From Prasinococcaceae sp. CCMP 1430 (taxonomy: Eukaryota; Plantae; Prasinodermophyta): a stretch of 64,000 nt of DNA. Under the pieces are notes generated by a model. It worked only from the letters and a program-made list of their open reading frames with translations, was not told where the DNA came from and ran no database searches. Shown piece by piece: positions 31,248 through 42,698 of the stretch. Where the stretch lies: assembly GCA_013416795.1 (NCBI GenBank), contig RQSC01001236.1:56902-120901 (forward strand). Direction: 5' to 3'. A program made the translations under genes and the position numbers. The stretch's first letter is position 1; every line of letters begins with the position of its first letter.

Positions 31248-33089
31248 ATGGATGCGGACGGTCCGGTGGCCGAGCCCACCGCAGCCGCTGCGCCTGCTGC
31301 TGCGGCGGGCCCGCCCACCGTGAGGGGCGAATTAGCCCACTGTGATAGCCTGGAGATCAGCGCAGAGGGCACTTTGCACCTACAGGGCGCGCAGACGGTG
31401 CACGAGTACAACATCAACGCGGCAGGCATGAAGCGGCAGGTCGCGACGGGCTCCACGCCGCGCGGCCGTGTCTTGGGCGGCGCCGGTGGCGCGCCCCAGG
31501 GCAGTGCGGACAACGGGGGCGGCGCAGACGACGAAGAGGCAGTGCACTTCCGATGTCCCGCCGAGAGTCTCGTGCCCATCGGCGAAACTATCGGCACCGG
31601 GGTGAGCTCGCACGTGCGCGTGTCCGTGCACCTCGACACCCACCGCCTGGTCGCGGTGAAGGTGATTTCCGTTTTTGACAGGGAGCGGCGGGCGATGGTG
31701 CTCAACGAGATTCGCGCACTGTGTGAGGCGCCCGCGTCGGCGCCAGGACTGGTGGACTTCTTCGGGGCATTCTACACGCCCGAGTCGGGCCAGCTTTCGC
31801 TTGTGCTGGAGTACATGGACGGTGGCTCGCTGCGCGACCTGGCGGAGAAGGCGCCTGGCAAGAGGCTGCCTGAGTCTGTGCTGCGTCACGCAGCTCGCGC
31901 GATGGCGCAAGGGCTGCTGCACCTCCACACGCGCCAGAAGCTCGTCCATAGGGACATTGTGCGTGGACTGCCGCAGCAAAGGGCGCCTCGCTCACAGCAG
32001 GCGTCCCTCGCCGCTCGTGCGCACAACTCCTTTGCATGGCGCTGACGCGCAGGCGCCGTGCGCGCGGCGCCCACTCGTGCTCGCTCCCTCACACAGAAAC
32101 CCGACAACGTGCTCATTGGCCTCGACGGGTCTATCAAAATCACCGACTTCGGCATTTCCGCGGGGGTGGGCACAGAGAGCGGCACGGCCGCCGAAATGTG
32201 TGCCTCTTTCCGCGGCACGGTGACGTACATGTCTCCCGAACGCATCAATTCCGAGCCGTACTCGTTCCCGTGCGACATCTGGGGGGTGGGGCTCGCCCTG
32301 TACGAGTTGGCCACAGGAGCGTACCCCTACAACGCGGGCTCGGAGGGCCCCTTCCAGCTCATGCTGCAGGTGATGCACGACCCCGCGCCGGCGCTGCCAG
32401 CGGTGGACGCCCGGAGCGGTGTGTCCTTCTCCGACGAGTTTCGGGACTTCGTCGCCGGATGCCTCATCAAGGACCCGAAGGCGCGCCCGACAGCCGCGCA
32501 GCTGCTCGCGCACCCCTTCCTGTCGCAGGTGGACGCCGCTGGACCGGGAGCGCTCGAGGTCGAGCGTGCCGAGACGGCGACATTCGTCTCGTCGGTGATC
32601 AACCCAGCGCAGAGGCTGCAGCACACCGCCGAGATGTTCGCCGAATTCTTCTACGCGGTATTCGATGACGACTCCCTGCGGCAGCGTGAGCTGATAAGGC
32701 TGTACAGCAACGAGTCGCGGCTGAGCGTCGAGGGGGAGGTCGCGGTCGGCGCGCATGCGGCAACCGCGATGCTGAGGGACTACCGCACAGCGCTCGCGGT
32801 GAGCTCGGGGAATCGACCCATCAAACACAGGCTGCTGCACGTGGACGCGCAGCAGCTCGCGGGGGCGCACGCCGACGAGTTCGCGGCGGCCGGGGCGTGC
32901 CTGCTGGTGCACGTGCAGGGCGAGGTGTTGGCGTTGCACGCTGGCGCACATGGCGAGGAGCGCTCCATAGGCGGATTCGCCGAGGTATTCGTTGTTGGCA
33001 GCGCGGCGGCGTTCGCTGCAGGCGCACACGGCGCGGCGTGGGGAGGCGGGTCGATGCTCGTGCACTCACAAGTGCGCAGGCAGCTCTGA
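31248..33089 (+). CDS. MKK3: MAP kinase kinase with C-terminal NTF2 domain (plant group B), 2 exons
   Basis: Exons 31248-31958 and 32097-33089; VAVK, HRDI|KPDN, DFG and GTVTYMSPERI; NTF2-like tail FFYAVFDD..LIRLYSNESRLSVEG. Confidence 0.93.
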
Positions 33090-33290
33090 GCCCACGTGCC
33101 CTCATTCCACTCGCGCATGCGCGCGCGTCCAAGTGCTCATGCCGAGTACGACGGCTCATCAATAATCACAAACATACAAGATTTGGTGTACACTGTGGCG
33201 GCCACGAGCAGCGCCGACACTGCCCCCACCACCACCCTCACCTAGCGCTGCTGTGCGCGAGCGTACAAGCCAGGGCCGCCTGCGTCGTGC

Positions 33291-34328
33291 TTACTGATCC
33301 AACTTGAACTCGGGCGAGAGCATGGCCTGCCGCCTGCTGCGGCGGCCCCCCGTCGTCGGCGGCGCCGCAGGAGTTTTCGCCTTCTTTGCGGCGGGCGTCT
33401 TGGCCTTGGCGGGCGTCTTGGCCTTGGCGGGCGTCTTGGCCTTGGCGGGCGTCTTGGCCTTGGCGGGCGTCTTGGCCTTGGCGGGCGTCTTGGCCTTGGC
33501 GGGCGTCTTGGCCTTCGGCAGCTCCTCGTCGAGCTCCTCGTCGGCCTTGCGCTGACTCTTCTTGGCCGCGGGCGTCTTGCGCGCCTTGCCAGCCTTAGCA
33601 GGACCAACGGGCGTCGCCGCGTCGAAGCTCACACCCTTGGCCTGCTTCGCACTCGCTTTCGGCTTCTTCGCCGCCCTCACAGTCTCCGGCTGCTGCTGCT
33701 CTGTGTCCTCCGCGCCCTCACCCGCGCCCTCCCCCCCCGCGCCGCTGACGGCGGCCACGTACCCCCCGAAGTCGTAATCGATGCCCACGGCGGCAATCTT
33801 CTTGCGCCGCTTGGCCTCGCTCTTGACAAGCCTCTTTGTCTGCACCTCGACCTCCTCGGCAGTGCGCTTGCGGTTGCGCCTCGCGTTGTCCAGCTTCTTC
33901 CACGGCACTTTACGGAAGGCGCGGTTTGCCCCGACGAAGGTGTCCGGGTGTACTTCCGCGTCGTCCATGACGCGGCACTGCAGGAGCTGGTCGAACATGA
34001 GGTAGTTGTGCATGGCGCCCGCGGCGATGGCAGCCACGCCCGCGTCCTCGAACTCGAGGAAGGCGTAGTGCTTGGACTTGCCCGTCTTCTTGTTGCGGCT
34101 GAGGCGCCAGCGCGTAATCTCGCCGAACTGCTCGAAGAAGGCCTTCAGCTGAGCCTCATAGAAGCCATGCGGAATGTGCCCAACGTACACAACTCGTCCC
34201 TTCCCCCCAGGCGCCGCGGGTCTCTTCCCCTGTTTGCCTCCCTTGCCCCCCTTGCCGCCGGCGCCGGCGTCCCCCCCGACGGGCGCGGCGGCGCCCGCGC
34301 CTTCGAGCGGCACGAAGTCGTCCGCGCG
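33291..34328 (-). CDS. NIFK: nucleolar RRM protein NIFK/Nop15 (5' end in gap)
   Basis: VVYVGHIPHGFYEAQLKAFFEQFG..RLSRNKKTGKSKHYAFLEFE..HNYLMFDQLLQC. Confidence 0.93.
   Translation of the reverse strand, partial: RADDFVPLEGAGAAAPVGGDAGAGGKGGKGGKQGKRPAAPGGKGRVVYVGHIPHGFYEAQLKAFFEQFGEITRWRLSRNKKTGKSKHYAFLEFEDAGVAAIAAGAMHNYLMFDQLLQCRVMDDAEVHPDTFVGANRAFRKVPWKKLDNARRNRKRTAEEVEVQTKRLVKSEAKRRKKIAAVGIDYDFGGYVAAVSGAGGEGAGEGAEDTEQQQPETVRAAKKPKASAKQAKGVSFDAATPVGPAKAGKARKTPAAKKSQRKADEELDEELPKAKTPAKAKTPAKAKTPAKAKTPAKAKTPAKAKTPAKAKTPAAKKAKTPAAPPTTGGRRSRRQAMLSPEFKLDQ
33391..33516 (-). repeat. 18-bp coding tandem repeat x7 (AKTPAK)
   Basis: Unit GCGGGCGTCTTGGCCTTG repeated from 33391 to 33516. Confidence 0.95.
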
Positions 34329-34959
34329 NNNNNNNNNNNNNNNNNNNNNNNNNNNNNNNNNNNNNNNNNNNNNNNNNNNNNNNNNNNNNNNNNNNNNNNN
34401 NNNNNNNNNNNNNNNNNNNNNNNNNNNNNNNNNNNNNNNNNNNNNNNNNNNNNNNNNNNNNNNNNNNNNNNNNNNNNNNNNNNNNNNNNNNNNNNNNNNN
34501 NNNNNNNNNNNNNNNNNNNNNNNNNNNNNNNNNNNNNNNNNNNNNNNNNNNNNNNNNNNNNNNNNNNNNNNNNNNNNNNNNNNNNNNNNNNNNNNNNNNN
34601 NNNNNNNNNNNNNNNNNNNNNNNNNNNNNNNNNNNNNNNNNNNNNNNNNNNNNNNNNNNNNNNNNNNNNNNNNNNNNNNNNNNNNNNNNNNNNNNNNNNN
34701 NNNNNNNNNNNNNNNNNNNNNNNNNNNNNNNNNNNNNNNNNNNNNNNNNNNNNNNNNNNNNNNNNNNNNNNNNNNNNNNNNNNNNNNNNNNNNNNNNNNN
34801 NNNNNNNNNNNNNNNNNNNNNNNNNNNNNNNNNNNNNNNNNNNNNNNNNNNNNNNNNNNNNNNNNNNNNNNNNNNNNNNNNNNNNNNNNNNNNNNNNNNN
34901 NNNNNNNNNNNNNNNNNNNNNNNNNNNNNNNNNNNNNNNNNNNNNNNNNNNNNNNNNNN

Positions 34960-35561
34960 GGCGCGGCGCGGCGGGCGGCGCGTAGGGGCGCGCGCGCGTG
35001 CGAGGCCGTGTCGACCGAGGCGCAGAGCGAGACGGTCATCACGTTCGAGGAGCAGCGCCGCATCGCCAAGGCAATGACGCAGTACTACGAGGACGTCAAG
35101 GTGCGCACGCGCTTGAGACTCTGCTGTGGCGCGGGGCGCGCGACACGAGCCACGCGGCGGCGCGAGCGTCGGGCGCCGCCGCGGTGCCGCGCCGCCGCCT
35201 CGGCCAAAGGGGCGCTTGCAAAAGCACCGGCAGGGCGAGTTTACTCGCGCCGGGTGCGCTGTCGACCAGCCGAGTATGTCGGACCGCTGCTGACGTGCAT
35301 TTGGCGTTCGATCCAACGTCCGCGTGCCGCTTTGTGCTGCGACCCACCCCGCCGCCCCGCTGCATCGCGCAATAGCTTGACGCTGAGTACGAGGCAGGGT
35401 TCGGGCTCGGGTGGACCGAGGACAACGAGATCATCAATGGCCGCTGGGCCATGATGGGGTTCCTCATCGGTGGTCTCACCGAGTACGCCAACGGCATCAG
35501 CTTCACCGACCAGGTTGCCATCACGCTCTCCAACCTGGGCATTGTTGACACAGGCTTCTAA
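34960..35561 (+). CDS. OHP2: one-helix LHC-like protein 2 (5' end in gap)
   Basis: ITFEEQRRIAKAMTQYYEDVK | intron 35101-35375 | ..NEIINGRWAMMGFLIGGLTEYANGISFTDQVAITLSNLGIVD matches the OHP2 pattern. Confidence 0.92.
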
Positions 35562-35902
35562 GCGCCCCGGTAGGCATGTACTTTTAAAACGACTTCGGTC
35601 AGAGCCCTGAAGGGTGATGCAACTGGATGGGTATGGCAAGAGAGCGCCCAAGGTGCCGCGTCCGCATGAGTACTGTGCCTTGTACAAAAAAATATGCGCT
35701 TTTTACCCCGCGCGCAGTGCAGTGCCGTGAGCGACGTCGCCGAGCCTCGCTTGCACACCCGCTCGCTCGCTCGCTCGCTGCGGCAACTTCCCCTCCGCGA
35801 GCCGTGCGAAAGCATCCAAGCCCGCGCGCACATGCCACACTCGCCGCGCCGGGGCGATGCCGCGTCGCCGCCGAAGGTGCCCCGAGACATCTAGCTAGCT
35901 AC

Positions 35903-36692
35903 CTACACGAGGTACTTGATCACGCCTTCGTCATGCTGCAGGTGGTCGCGCGTTGGTTGCTCCCGCGGCGGGCCGTCGTCGCCCTCGAAGCCGACGTGCA
36001 CCACGGCGACGCATCGCTCGTCGGCGTGGCTGTACCCGCAAAGAGCGGCGAACGACTGGGTGCGACACGCGCGCGGCGTGCACCAGCGCGTGCCAATATT
36101 CTCAGCAGACAACGACAGGATCATGTTTTGCGTGGCGGCAGCCGCCGCGAGCACCATCTCCTCCCCGGCGGCCGCGGCGGCCGCGCGCTCGCCATTGCTG
36201 CCGTTGTCCTCCTTGGCGGGGAGGCGCACGCGCGGCGCAGTCACCACGACCATCTCCGACGGCGTGCGCCACAGCTCCGCGTCGCCGCTATCGATGTCGC
36301 AGTCCCCGCTGTCGATGCATGCGGTCGCCTGCTCCTCGGAGACCAGGTCCACCAGCGCGGCGCGCGTCTCCTCGCCCAGGAAGTAGAACTTCCACGGCTC
36401 GAAGGGCACCTGCATTGCGGTGCCCGGCCGCGGCGCGCACCGCGCGGACTGGATCGCCCGCATGAGTGCGCCTTTCGGCACCTGACGCGCCGGGTCGAAT
36501 CCGCGCACCTCCCGTGTGCCCTCGATCACGCGCTGGGTCGCAGATGCCGTGAACACAGACACGGTTGCCTCCAAGCGCTCCTCGGCGGAGGCAACGCCGC
36601 CGAAGGGTTCCCTCGGAAGAGCCGAGGCCGCGGCTCCCGCTGCCGCCGACGCGCCGCCGAGCGCGCGCCCTCCCGCGCGCCGCGCTCCGCTC
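35903..36692 (-). CDS. nitroreductase family protein (5' end in gap)
   Basis: VIEGTREVRGFDP..AIQSARCAP..EPWKFYFLG..AAATQNMILSLSAENIGTRWCT. Confidence 0.85.
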
Positions 36693-37352
36693 NNNNNNNN
36701 NNNNNNNNNNNNNNNNNNNNNNNNNNNNNNNNNNNNNNNNNNNNNNNNNNNNNNNNNNNNNNNNNNNNNNNNNNNNNNNNNNNNNNNNNNNNNNNNNNNN
36801 NNNNNNNNNNNNNNNNNNNNNNNNNNNNNNNNNNNNNNNNNNNNNNNNNNNNNNNNNNNNNNNNNNNNNNNNNNNNNNNNNNNNNNNNNNNNNNNNNNNN
36901 NNNNNNNNNNNNNNNNNNNNNNNNNNNNNNNNNNNNNNNNNNNNNNNNNNNNNNNNNNNNNNNNNNNNNNNNNNNNNNNNNNNNNNNNNNNNNNNNNNNN
37001 NNNNNNNNNNNNNNNNNNNNNNNNNNNNNNNNNNNNNNNNNNNNNNNNNNNNNNNNNNNNNNNNNNNNNNNNNNNNNNNNNNNNNNNNNNNNNNNNNNNN
37101 NNNNNNNNNNNNNNNNNNNNNNNNNNNNNNNNNNNNNNNNNNNNNNNNNNNNNNNNNNNNNNNNNNNNNNNNNNNNNNNNNNNNNNNNNNNNTGCCGCGC
37201 GGCGTGGCGCTGCGCGGCGCGGACTGGCGGCCCGCGGGCTGCCCGGTGGCGGCCTGCGGGCTGGTGGGGCAGAGTGGTCGCAGCGCCTTCCCACGTGCCT
37301 TCAGCCAACCTGCCGCCCCACCCCCCCCGCATCTACCTTCCAGAGGAGCGGC

Positions 37353-38422
37353 GATGGCAGGCAGCACGGTCAATCTCGCGTGGACGGTCGTGAGCTCCGA
37401 CACGCTGGCAGCGGTTGGCGAGGAGCGCTCCGCAGCGGGGCAGGCGGAGCTGCTCGCGACAGCGCTGGGCGTCGAGGGCATGGGCGCTGATGGCGCGGCG
37501 GGGGAGCGCGCGGCCATCTTGAGCGACATGTACGCCAACGCGTACCGCTTTGCACTCGAGCAACGCTTCACCGGGGAGAAGATCTCCGCGCTGCTTGCCA
37601 TCATCCACAGGGTGCACAGCTCGGCGGTCGGCGAGTGCTTGACGATGCCGCGCGCGTTCGCGCTCTTCAAGGAGCTCGCGCTGCAGCACTCCGTGCAAAG
37701 GCCGCCCTACAGCGTCGGAGTGTTCAGCCTCGCCGACATGAAGGCGGTGGTGAACTTCGGCCTGCTCGGCTACTTCAAACACTACAAGGTGAGGCAGTGC
37801 AAGAGCCTGCACGCCCGCGTGCGTGCCGCCGACCACCAGGAATAGTCACGTGCTGCGGTTCCACGTGCTGTGATCGCCGTCACACCCCCTGAGAGATCTG
37901 TGCCCTCCCGCCGCGGGCGGACGGGTCTGCGCGGGCACTCACGATTCGTCGCGCTGACCCCCAACCGCCGATCACCGCCCGCGTGCGCTCGCGCGCCATG
38001 CGTGTCCTCTTGCCCCCCCGTCCAACTGCGACGCGCAGCTGTACATGTACGCGTTCACGAAGAAGCGCCTCACCAACCTGAGCGAGCGGGGGGATCTGTG
38101 CGAGGCGCCCCCCGCACTGCCACCGCTTGGCGGCGCAATGACGCAGGAGGAGTGGCTAGAACTCAAGGAGAAGGAGCGGCTAGAGGAGGAGGAGCGCAAG
38201 CGTGCCGAGGAGGAGGCCGCAGCGGCCAAACGCGAGGAGGAGATCAAGGCAAAGATCCAAGAGGAGTACGAGACCGCGTTGGGCGACGATGTGGCCGCGC
38301 AGGTGCAGGCCGTCTTCGACCGGCAATTGCCGGAGATGGAGGCCACGCTCAAGGCTAAGTACGAGAGCGAGACAGCCGCGCTGGCCGAGCGCCTGGCCGC
38401 GCTCGAGGCGGGGGGCGCGTAG
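37353..38422 (+). CDS. CFAP119: CLAMP-domain flagellar central-apparatus protein (CFAP119/CCDC189-like), 2 exons
   Basis: SDMYANAYRFALEQRFTGEKISALL..LQHSVQRPPYSVGVFS..GYFKHYK|LYMYAF; intron 37789-38038. Confidence 0.82.
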
Positions 38423-38584
38423 GCGCGCATGCGCGTGCCCGTACTTTCTGCATGTATTCATGGTAACATAGGGGCGTGGAAGAGCTGGGGTGGCTTGCAG
38501 GAGCGCGCCAGCGCCCGCGCGCGACTCCCCGCAGCCGGAGAGCGCGCTTCACGCGCGGCGCGTCTCCGGCCGGAAAGATGCCCG

Positions 38585-39550
38585 TCAGTACGGCGAGGAG
38601 TGAGAACTTCTTCTCCTCGCGTACAGGTCTGCGAACTTTTTCTCAAGCTCGTCGCAGTGCGGCTTGGGGTAGGCGTCCGACACCGCGTTGCGCGAGCGGT
38701 ATCGCCTGCTGCGTTCCTGCCGCTTCTCGGCCTGGCACCGCATCGACAGAACTTCGTGGTAGTCTTCCTCGACGGCCCGCTCTTGCCGCTTCCGCAAATT
38801 GGTCCCCGGCGGGTACTGCCTGTCGAACTTGTCCACGCTTGGTACGAAGAAGGGGACGTCGCGCTGTTCCGTGGAGAGCCCCACGGGGAAGGCGCTGCTG
38901 CGGTCCAACGAGTACGAGTAGCCGCCCGTGCCGTCGCTGGCGAAGAGCGTGAAGAGCATCACCAGCAGGATGGGCACGAACTGCATGATCATCTGGCGCG
39001 TCTGCGCCGCCTGCGCGGCACGCCTCTCCTCGGCCGACATCGGCCGCTGCTGCCTGCGCCCGCCTCCCATCCCGCCGAACTGTGTGCGGAAGACCCGCGC
39101 GCGCGGATCCATCCCCCCCCCGAAGTTCGTGCCGAAGAACTGCCTGAATATCTCCTCGGGATCGATCTCGCCATCAAAGCCGCCGCCGCCGCCGCGGTAC
39201 GCCCGGCGCGCCCCCGCCGCCTGCGCCGCCTGCATCTGCTCGTCGTCCATCCCAAAACGATCGTAGTTGGCGCGCTTGTCGCTGTCGCTCAGCACCGCGT
39301 ACGCCTTGGACACCTTCTTAAACGCCTCCTCCGCGCCCTCGGCCTTGTTTTTGTCGGGGTGCAGCTTGATCGCCGTCTTGCGGTACGCCTTCTTCACCTC
39401 GGTGTCGGCGCACCCCTTCGACAGGCCGAGCACCTCGTAGTGGCACTCGGCGCGCAGGATGCGGCGCACGGCGGCGATCTCCTCCGGCGTCCCCGGGTCC
39501 CTCCCCGCGCTGGCACTCGTCGCACCCGACGACGAGGGCTGTGGCGACGG
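38585..39550 (-). CDS. DnaJ protein with DUF1977 (DNAJB12/14 type); upstream exon unresolved
   Basis: [46 protein letters not shown], a TM helix, and [15 protein letters not shown]. Confidence 0.9.
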   Translation of the reverse strand, partial: PSPQPSSSGATSASAGRDPGTPEEIAAVRRILRAECHYEVLGLSKGCADTEVKKAYRKTAIKLHPDKNKAEGAEEAFKKVSKAYAVLSDSDKRANYDRFGMDDEQMQAAQAAGARRAYRGGGGGFDGEIDPEEIFRQFFGTNFGGGMDPRARVFRTQFGGMGGGRRQQRPMSAEERRAAQAAQTRQMIMQFVPILLVMLFTLFASDGTGGYSYSLDRSSAFPVGLSTEQRDVPFFVPSVDKFDRQYPPGTNLRKRQERAVEEDYHEVLSMRCQAEKRQERSRRYRSRNAVSDAYPKPHCDELEKKFADLYARRRSSHSSPY

Positions 39551-40006
39551 CTGCGCCCCCGCGCGCGCGCCGCCCGAGCCGCCCGCGTGCGTGCGCTCGT
39601 CGTGCCAGGCGCCCGCGTACGCGTGGGGGGGTGCGCACGCGTGCCAGGCGCAGGCGCAGGCGCACGCGCACGCGCGCGCGTGCACATGCGGGCATGCGCT
39701 CGCGAGCACGAGCTCATTCACGCAACCGGGATGGCGCCCACGCGCCCACGTGGGTGCGAGCGCGCATGTGCACCCGAGCACCCACGTGCATGGGTACGGC
39801 GGGCCGCGCCGAGCTTTCACGAGCGAGGCGGCCGACGCGGGCAACACTGAGACCGCAGATGTGCGCACCCTTGCGAAGGGGGGCAGCAGTACTCGCGACG
39901 GTGGACGCGTGTCCGTGCGATTCACGCGTGCCATGCAGGCCAAGCTCGAGGAAATAGTCGAAGAGCTCGGCGTCAGCGCCAGGGAGCGGGTGTGGCAGCC
40001 GCGGCG

Positions 40007-41188
40007 ATGGCGGGCGACGCTCCCCCCGCGCTGCTGCGCTCGGTGGCGGCGTTCTTGCGCGACCAGGGCCTCTCCTCGGCTGCCAAGCTCGTCGAGGACA
40101 AGAAGCTCAAGGGCGCCGCGGCCGGCGAAGAGGCCGCCGACCTCGTCTCCATGTTCGAGGCTCACGAGGCCGCGCGAGGCACCAAGCGCGCGCGCGCCGA
40201 CGACGGCGCCGACCCTGCGGGTAAGAAGGCCAAGGTCGACAAGGAGGAGAGCTCAGAATCCGACTCAGGCTCGGATGACAGTGGCGACGATTCGGACTCG
40301 GATGACGAGAAGGCTGCGCCCGCCGCAGCCAAGGCTGATTCGGACTCGTCCGATTCGGACTCGGACTCGGATGACGAGAAGGCCGCGCCCGCCGCAGCCA
40401 AGGCGGGCTCGGACTCGTCCGATTCGGACTCGTCCGATTCGGACTCGTCGGACTCGGACTCAGACGACGGCAGCGACGATGCGCAGCCGGAAGCCATGGA
40501 AACTGCGGCCCCCGCCGCGCCCGCGAAAGAGGACGCCAGCAGCAGCTCGGACGACGAGTCCGATGACGAGAGCGGGAGCGACTCGGATTCGGAGAGCGAG
40601 TCCGAGAGCGAGTCCGAGAGCGAGTCGGAGAGCGAGTCGGAGAGCGAGTCGGAGAGCGAGTCCGAGAGCGAGTCCGAGAGCGAGTCCGAGAGCGAGTCGG
40701 AGTCGGACAGCGACAGCAGCGACTCGGACAGCGACTCGGACAGCGATAGCAGCGACTCGGAAAGCGACGATGAGGTCACGGTGCAAAAGCAGCCCAAGAG
40801 CGCACCGGCGACCCCGGCCTTCCACACGGCGCCCAACACACCGGGGGACGCCACGCCGCAATTCCAGACGCCCGCCGCGCAGAACGGCAAGAGCAGCGGC
40901 GCCGGGCACAGCGGTGGGCGTCAGTCGGGTGAACGCTTTCAGCGCGTGCGAGAGGAGGACGTCAAGTTCATGAAGACCACCAAGGACTCGCTGCTGTACG
41001 ATAACACATATGAGGGGGCGTTCGGCGAGAACGGGTGGGGCAAGAAGGCCAACGACATCCTGGGCAAGTGCAGGGGCAAGGATTTCCGCCACGAGAAGAC
41101 CAAGAAGAAGCGCGGCACCTACCGCGGCGGCAAGATCGACTTCGCGTCGAACTCGTCGAAATTCGTGTACTCTGACGACGACCAGTAG
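40007..41188 (+). CDS. SRP40: Srp40/Nopp140 nucleolar phosphoprotein
   Basis: LisH-like N-terminus, S/D/E tracts, and the SRP40_C motif [23 protein letters not shown]. Confidence 0.95.
   Translation: MAGDAPPALLRSVAAFLRDQGLSSAAKLVEDKKLKGAAAGEEAADLVSMFEAHEAARGTKRARADDGADPAGKKAKVDKEESSESDSGSDDSGDDSDSDDEKAAPAAAKADSDSSDSDSDSDDEKAAPAAAKAGSDSSDSDSSDSDSSDSDSDDGSDDAQPEAMETAAPAAPAKEDASSSSDDESDDESGSDSDSESESESESESESESESESESESESESESESESESESESDSDSSDSDSDSDSDSSDSESDDEVTVQKQPKSAPATPAFHTAPNTPGDATPQFQTPAAQNGKSSGAGHSGGRQSGERFQRVREEDVKFMKTTKDSLLYDNTYEGAFGENGWGKKANDILGKCRGKDFRHEKTKKKRGTYRGGKIDFASNSSKFVYSDDDQ
40592..40699 (+). repeat. 12-bp coding repeat x9 (ESES)
   Basis: GAGAGCGAGTC(C/G) x9 inside SRP40. Confidence 0.95.
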
Positions 41189-41344
41189 TCTTCTGGCGGT
41201 GTCGAGGATGGGCGGGAGACGCGCTGGGACGGGTGGCCAGCGCGCGTGCGCGCGCGCGCTCTGCGGGGGGTTCACAGGAATCGCAGAGTACCTTGCCGGC
41301 GCCCTGTCCGCGTGCATACCCCAGCACGACAATATCCTTGCTAG

Positions 41345-42480
41345 CTACTGCAGGACACTCGGCGAATGGTGCATAACTCGTCGATACATCACGTCCGTTC
41401 GAATGACCACCTGTGGCGCGCGCGGTGAAACGCATCCGCGCTGCGGTCAGCGCGTGCGTCCTGGACGGCGTGTCGTCGTGCGCCCAAATAGCAGCCGCGA
41501 GAGAGAGCACGCACCTTCGTCCCATTTTCAATGCGACAACCCTCGTGCAAGGCGGAGTGCTCGAAGATGAGAACACGCCCTGCTTTGCCGGCCACGGCAA
41601 GGTCCTCGTCGGTGGCGCCATCTTCCAAGGCCAGGAAGCCGGTCTCGCCACCGCGATCGGCTTCCTGGAGGTAAAACTGGATGGTGAGGAAGGATCCTGT
41701 CGCGACGCAAGGTGGGCGCAGTGAGTGTCAGCCCGCGCCGCACACACGCTTGAGCCAGGTAGGCGCGGCGGCGCGTGGCCGCGCATGGGTCGTCCGCGGG
41801 TGTCACGCACCATCCCCTGAGCACCGCTTTTCTGACCCAGGCGTCCAATACGAGCCGTCGCGATGACGCTCGAAGAAGTCACCCTCGCTGTACCGTAGGT
41901 ACCGAAGCCTTGGATTCAGCCCGAGCAGAGCGAACTTGCGCCAAGGGTCGCCCTCAGAGGCGGCGGCATCTACTTGTGCAGGAGATGGTTCGACGGTCCT
42001 TGCGCGATCCACGAGCGGGTTGTGTTCCCGCGCCCAGACAGCCGGCGGGAGCATGCTCCTCACGCGGCTGAAGAGCACCTCCGCGGTCGGCTCGTCATCG
42101 ATGATGTTGCGCTCGCTGCGCCGTACATTTTGGACGAGCGCCTGCTGGCCTCCACCGACGCCCAAGAGCGCCGCTTCGTAACCTCTGCCGGCGGCGGCGG
42201 CGTGATCAATCAGGGCCCGGCATTCCCCGTCGGAGAGGACGCCGTCGGCCACGACCGCGAATTTTCCTGCGTCGCAGCCAGGCAGCCCGAGCTGCACCAC
42301 TTTCAGGTCCTGCGATCGATCGGCGTCGAGCAGCGCCGCACCTGACTGCGCTTTCGGTGTAACTGGAGTGCACGGTGTGCTTGGTGTGACTGGAGTGCAC
42401 GGTGTGCTTGGCGTGCTAGCCACCGGATTGCCTCCAAGCCTGTCTGGAGTGCGCATCGACTCCGATTCTTGCGGGTCCAT
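41345..42480 (-). CDS. 2OG-Fe(II) oxygenase (prolyl-4-hydroxylase-like), 3 exons
   Basis: Exons 42480-41811, 41696-41515 and 41410-41345 give RLRYLRYSEGDFFERHRDG..FLTIQFYLQE..GGETGF..GRVLIFEHSALHEG..VIRTDVMY (HxD..H..R). Confidence 0.93.
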
Positions 42481-42515
42481 TGCGCCGGCTAGCGGGAGTT
42501 CGGCGCGGTTCGATG

Positions 42516-42698
42516 CTACTCGTCGCCCTCCCAGATGTGTTTCTGACACGTCAAGCACGACCACGGCCAGACGACGCAATAGAGGAAGCAGAGGCCTGGG
42601 ATCTCAGCACAGCTGCTGCACAGCCTTCGCCACCGCGACCGTGTGTCGGGGGGTGAGAGGATCCCTTCCGCGACGGCCCACTCACGCGTCGCAGGCAT
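42516..42698 (-). CDS. 60-aa Cys/Trp-rich small membrane protein candidate
   Basis: MPATREWAVAEG..RWRRLCSSCAEIPGLCFLYCVVWPWSCLTCQKHIWEGDE*; may extend upstream in the same frame (ORF to 43121). Confidence 0.4.
   Translation of the reverse strand: MPATREWAVAEGILSPPDTRSRWRRLCSSCAEIPGLCFLYCVVWPWSCLTCQKHIWEGDE

Noticed and set aside
39551-40006. Protein-like stretch ([14 protein letters not shown]) between DnaJ and SRP40
   Set aside because: No consistent start or splice model on either strand; cannot be separated from chance.
33391-40699. Tandem repeats in NIFK and SRP40 as CRISPR-like arrays
   Set aside because: No spacers; they are in-frame coding repeats in a eukaryotic genome with no cas genes.
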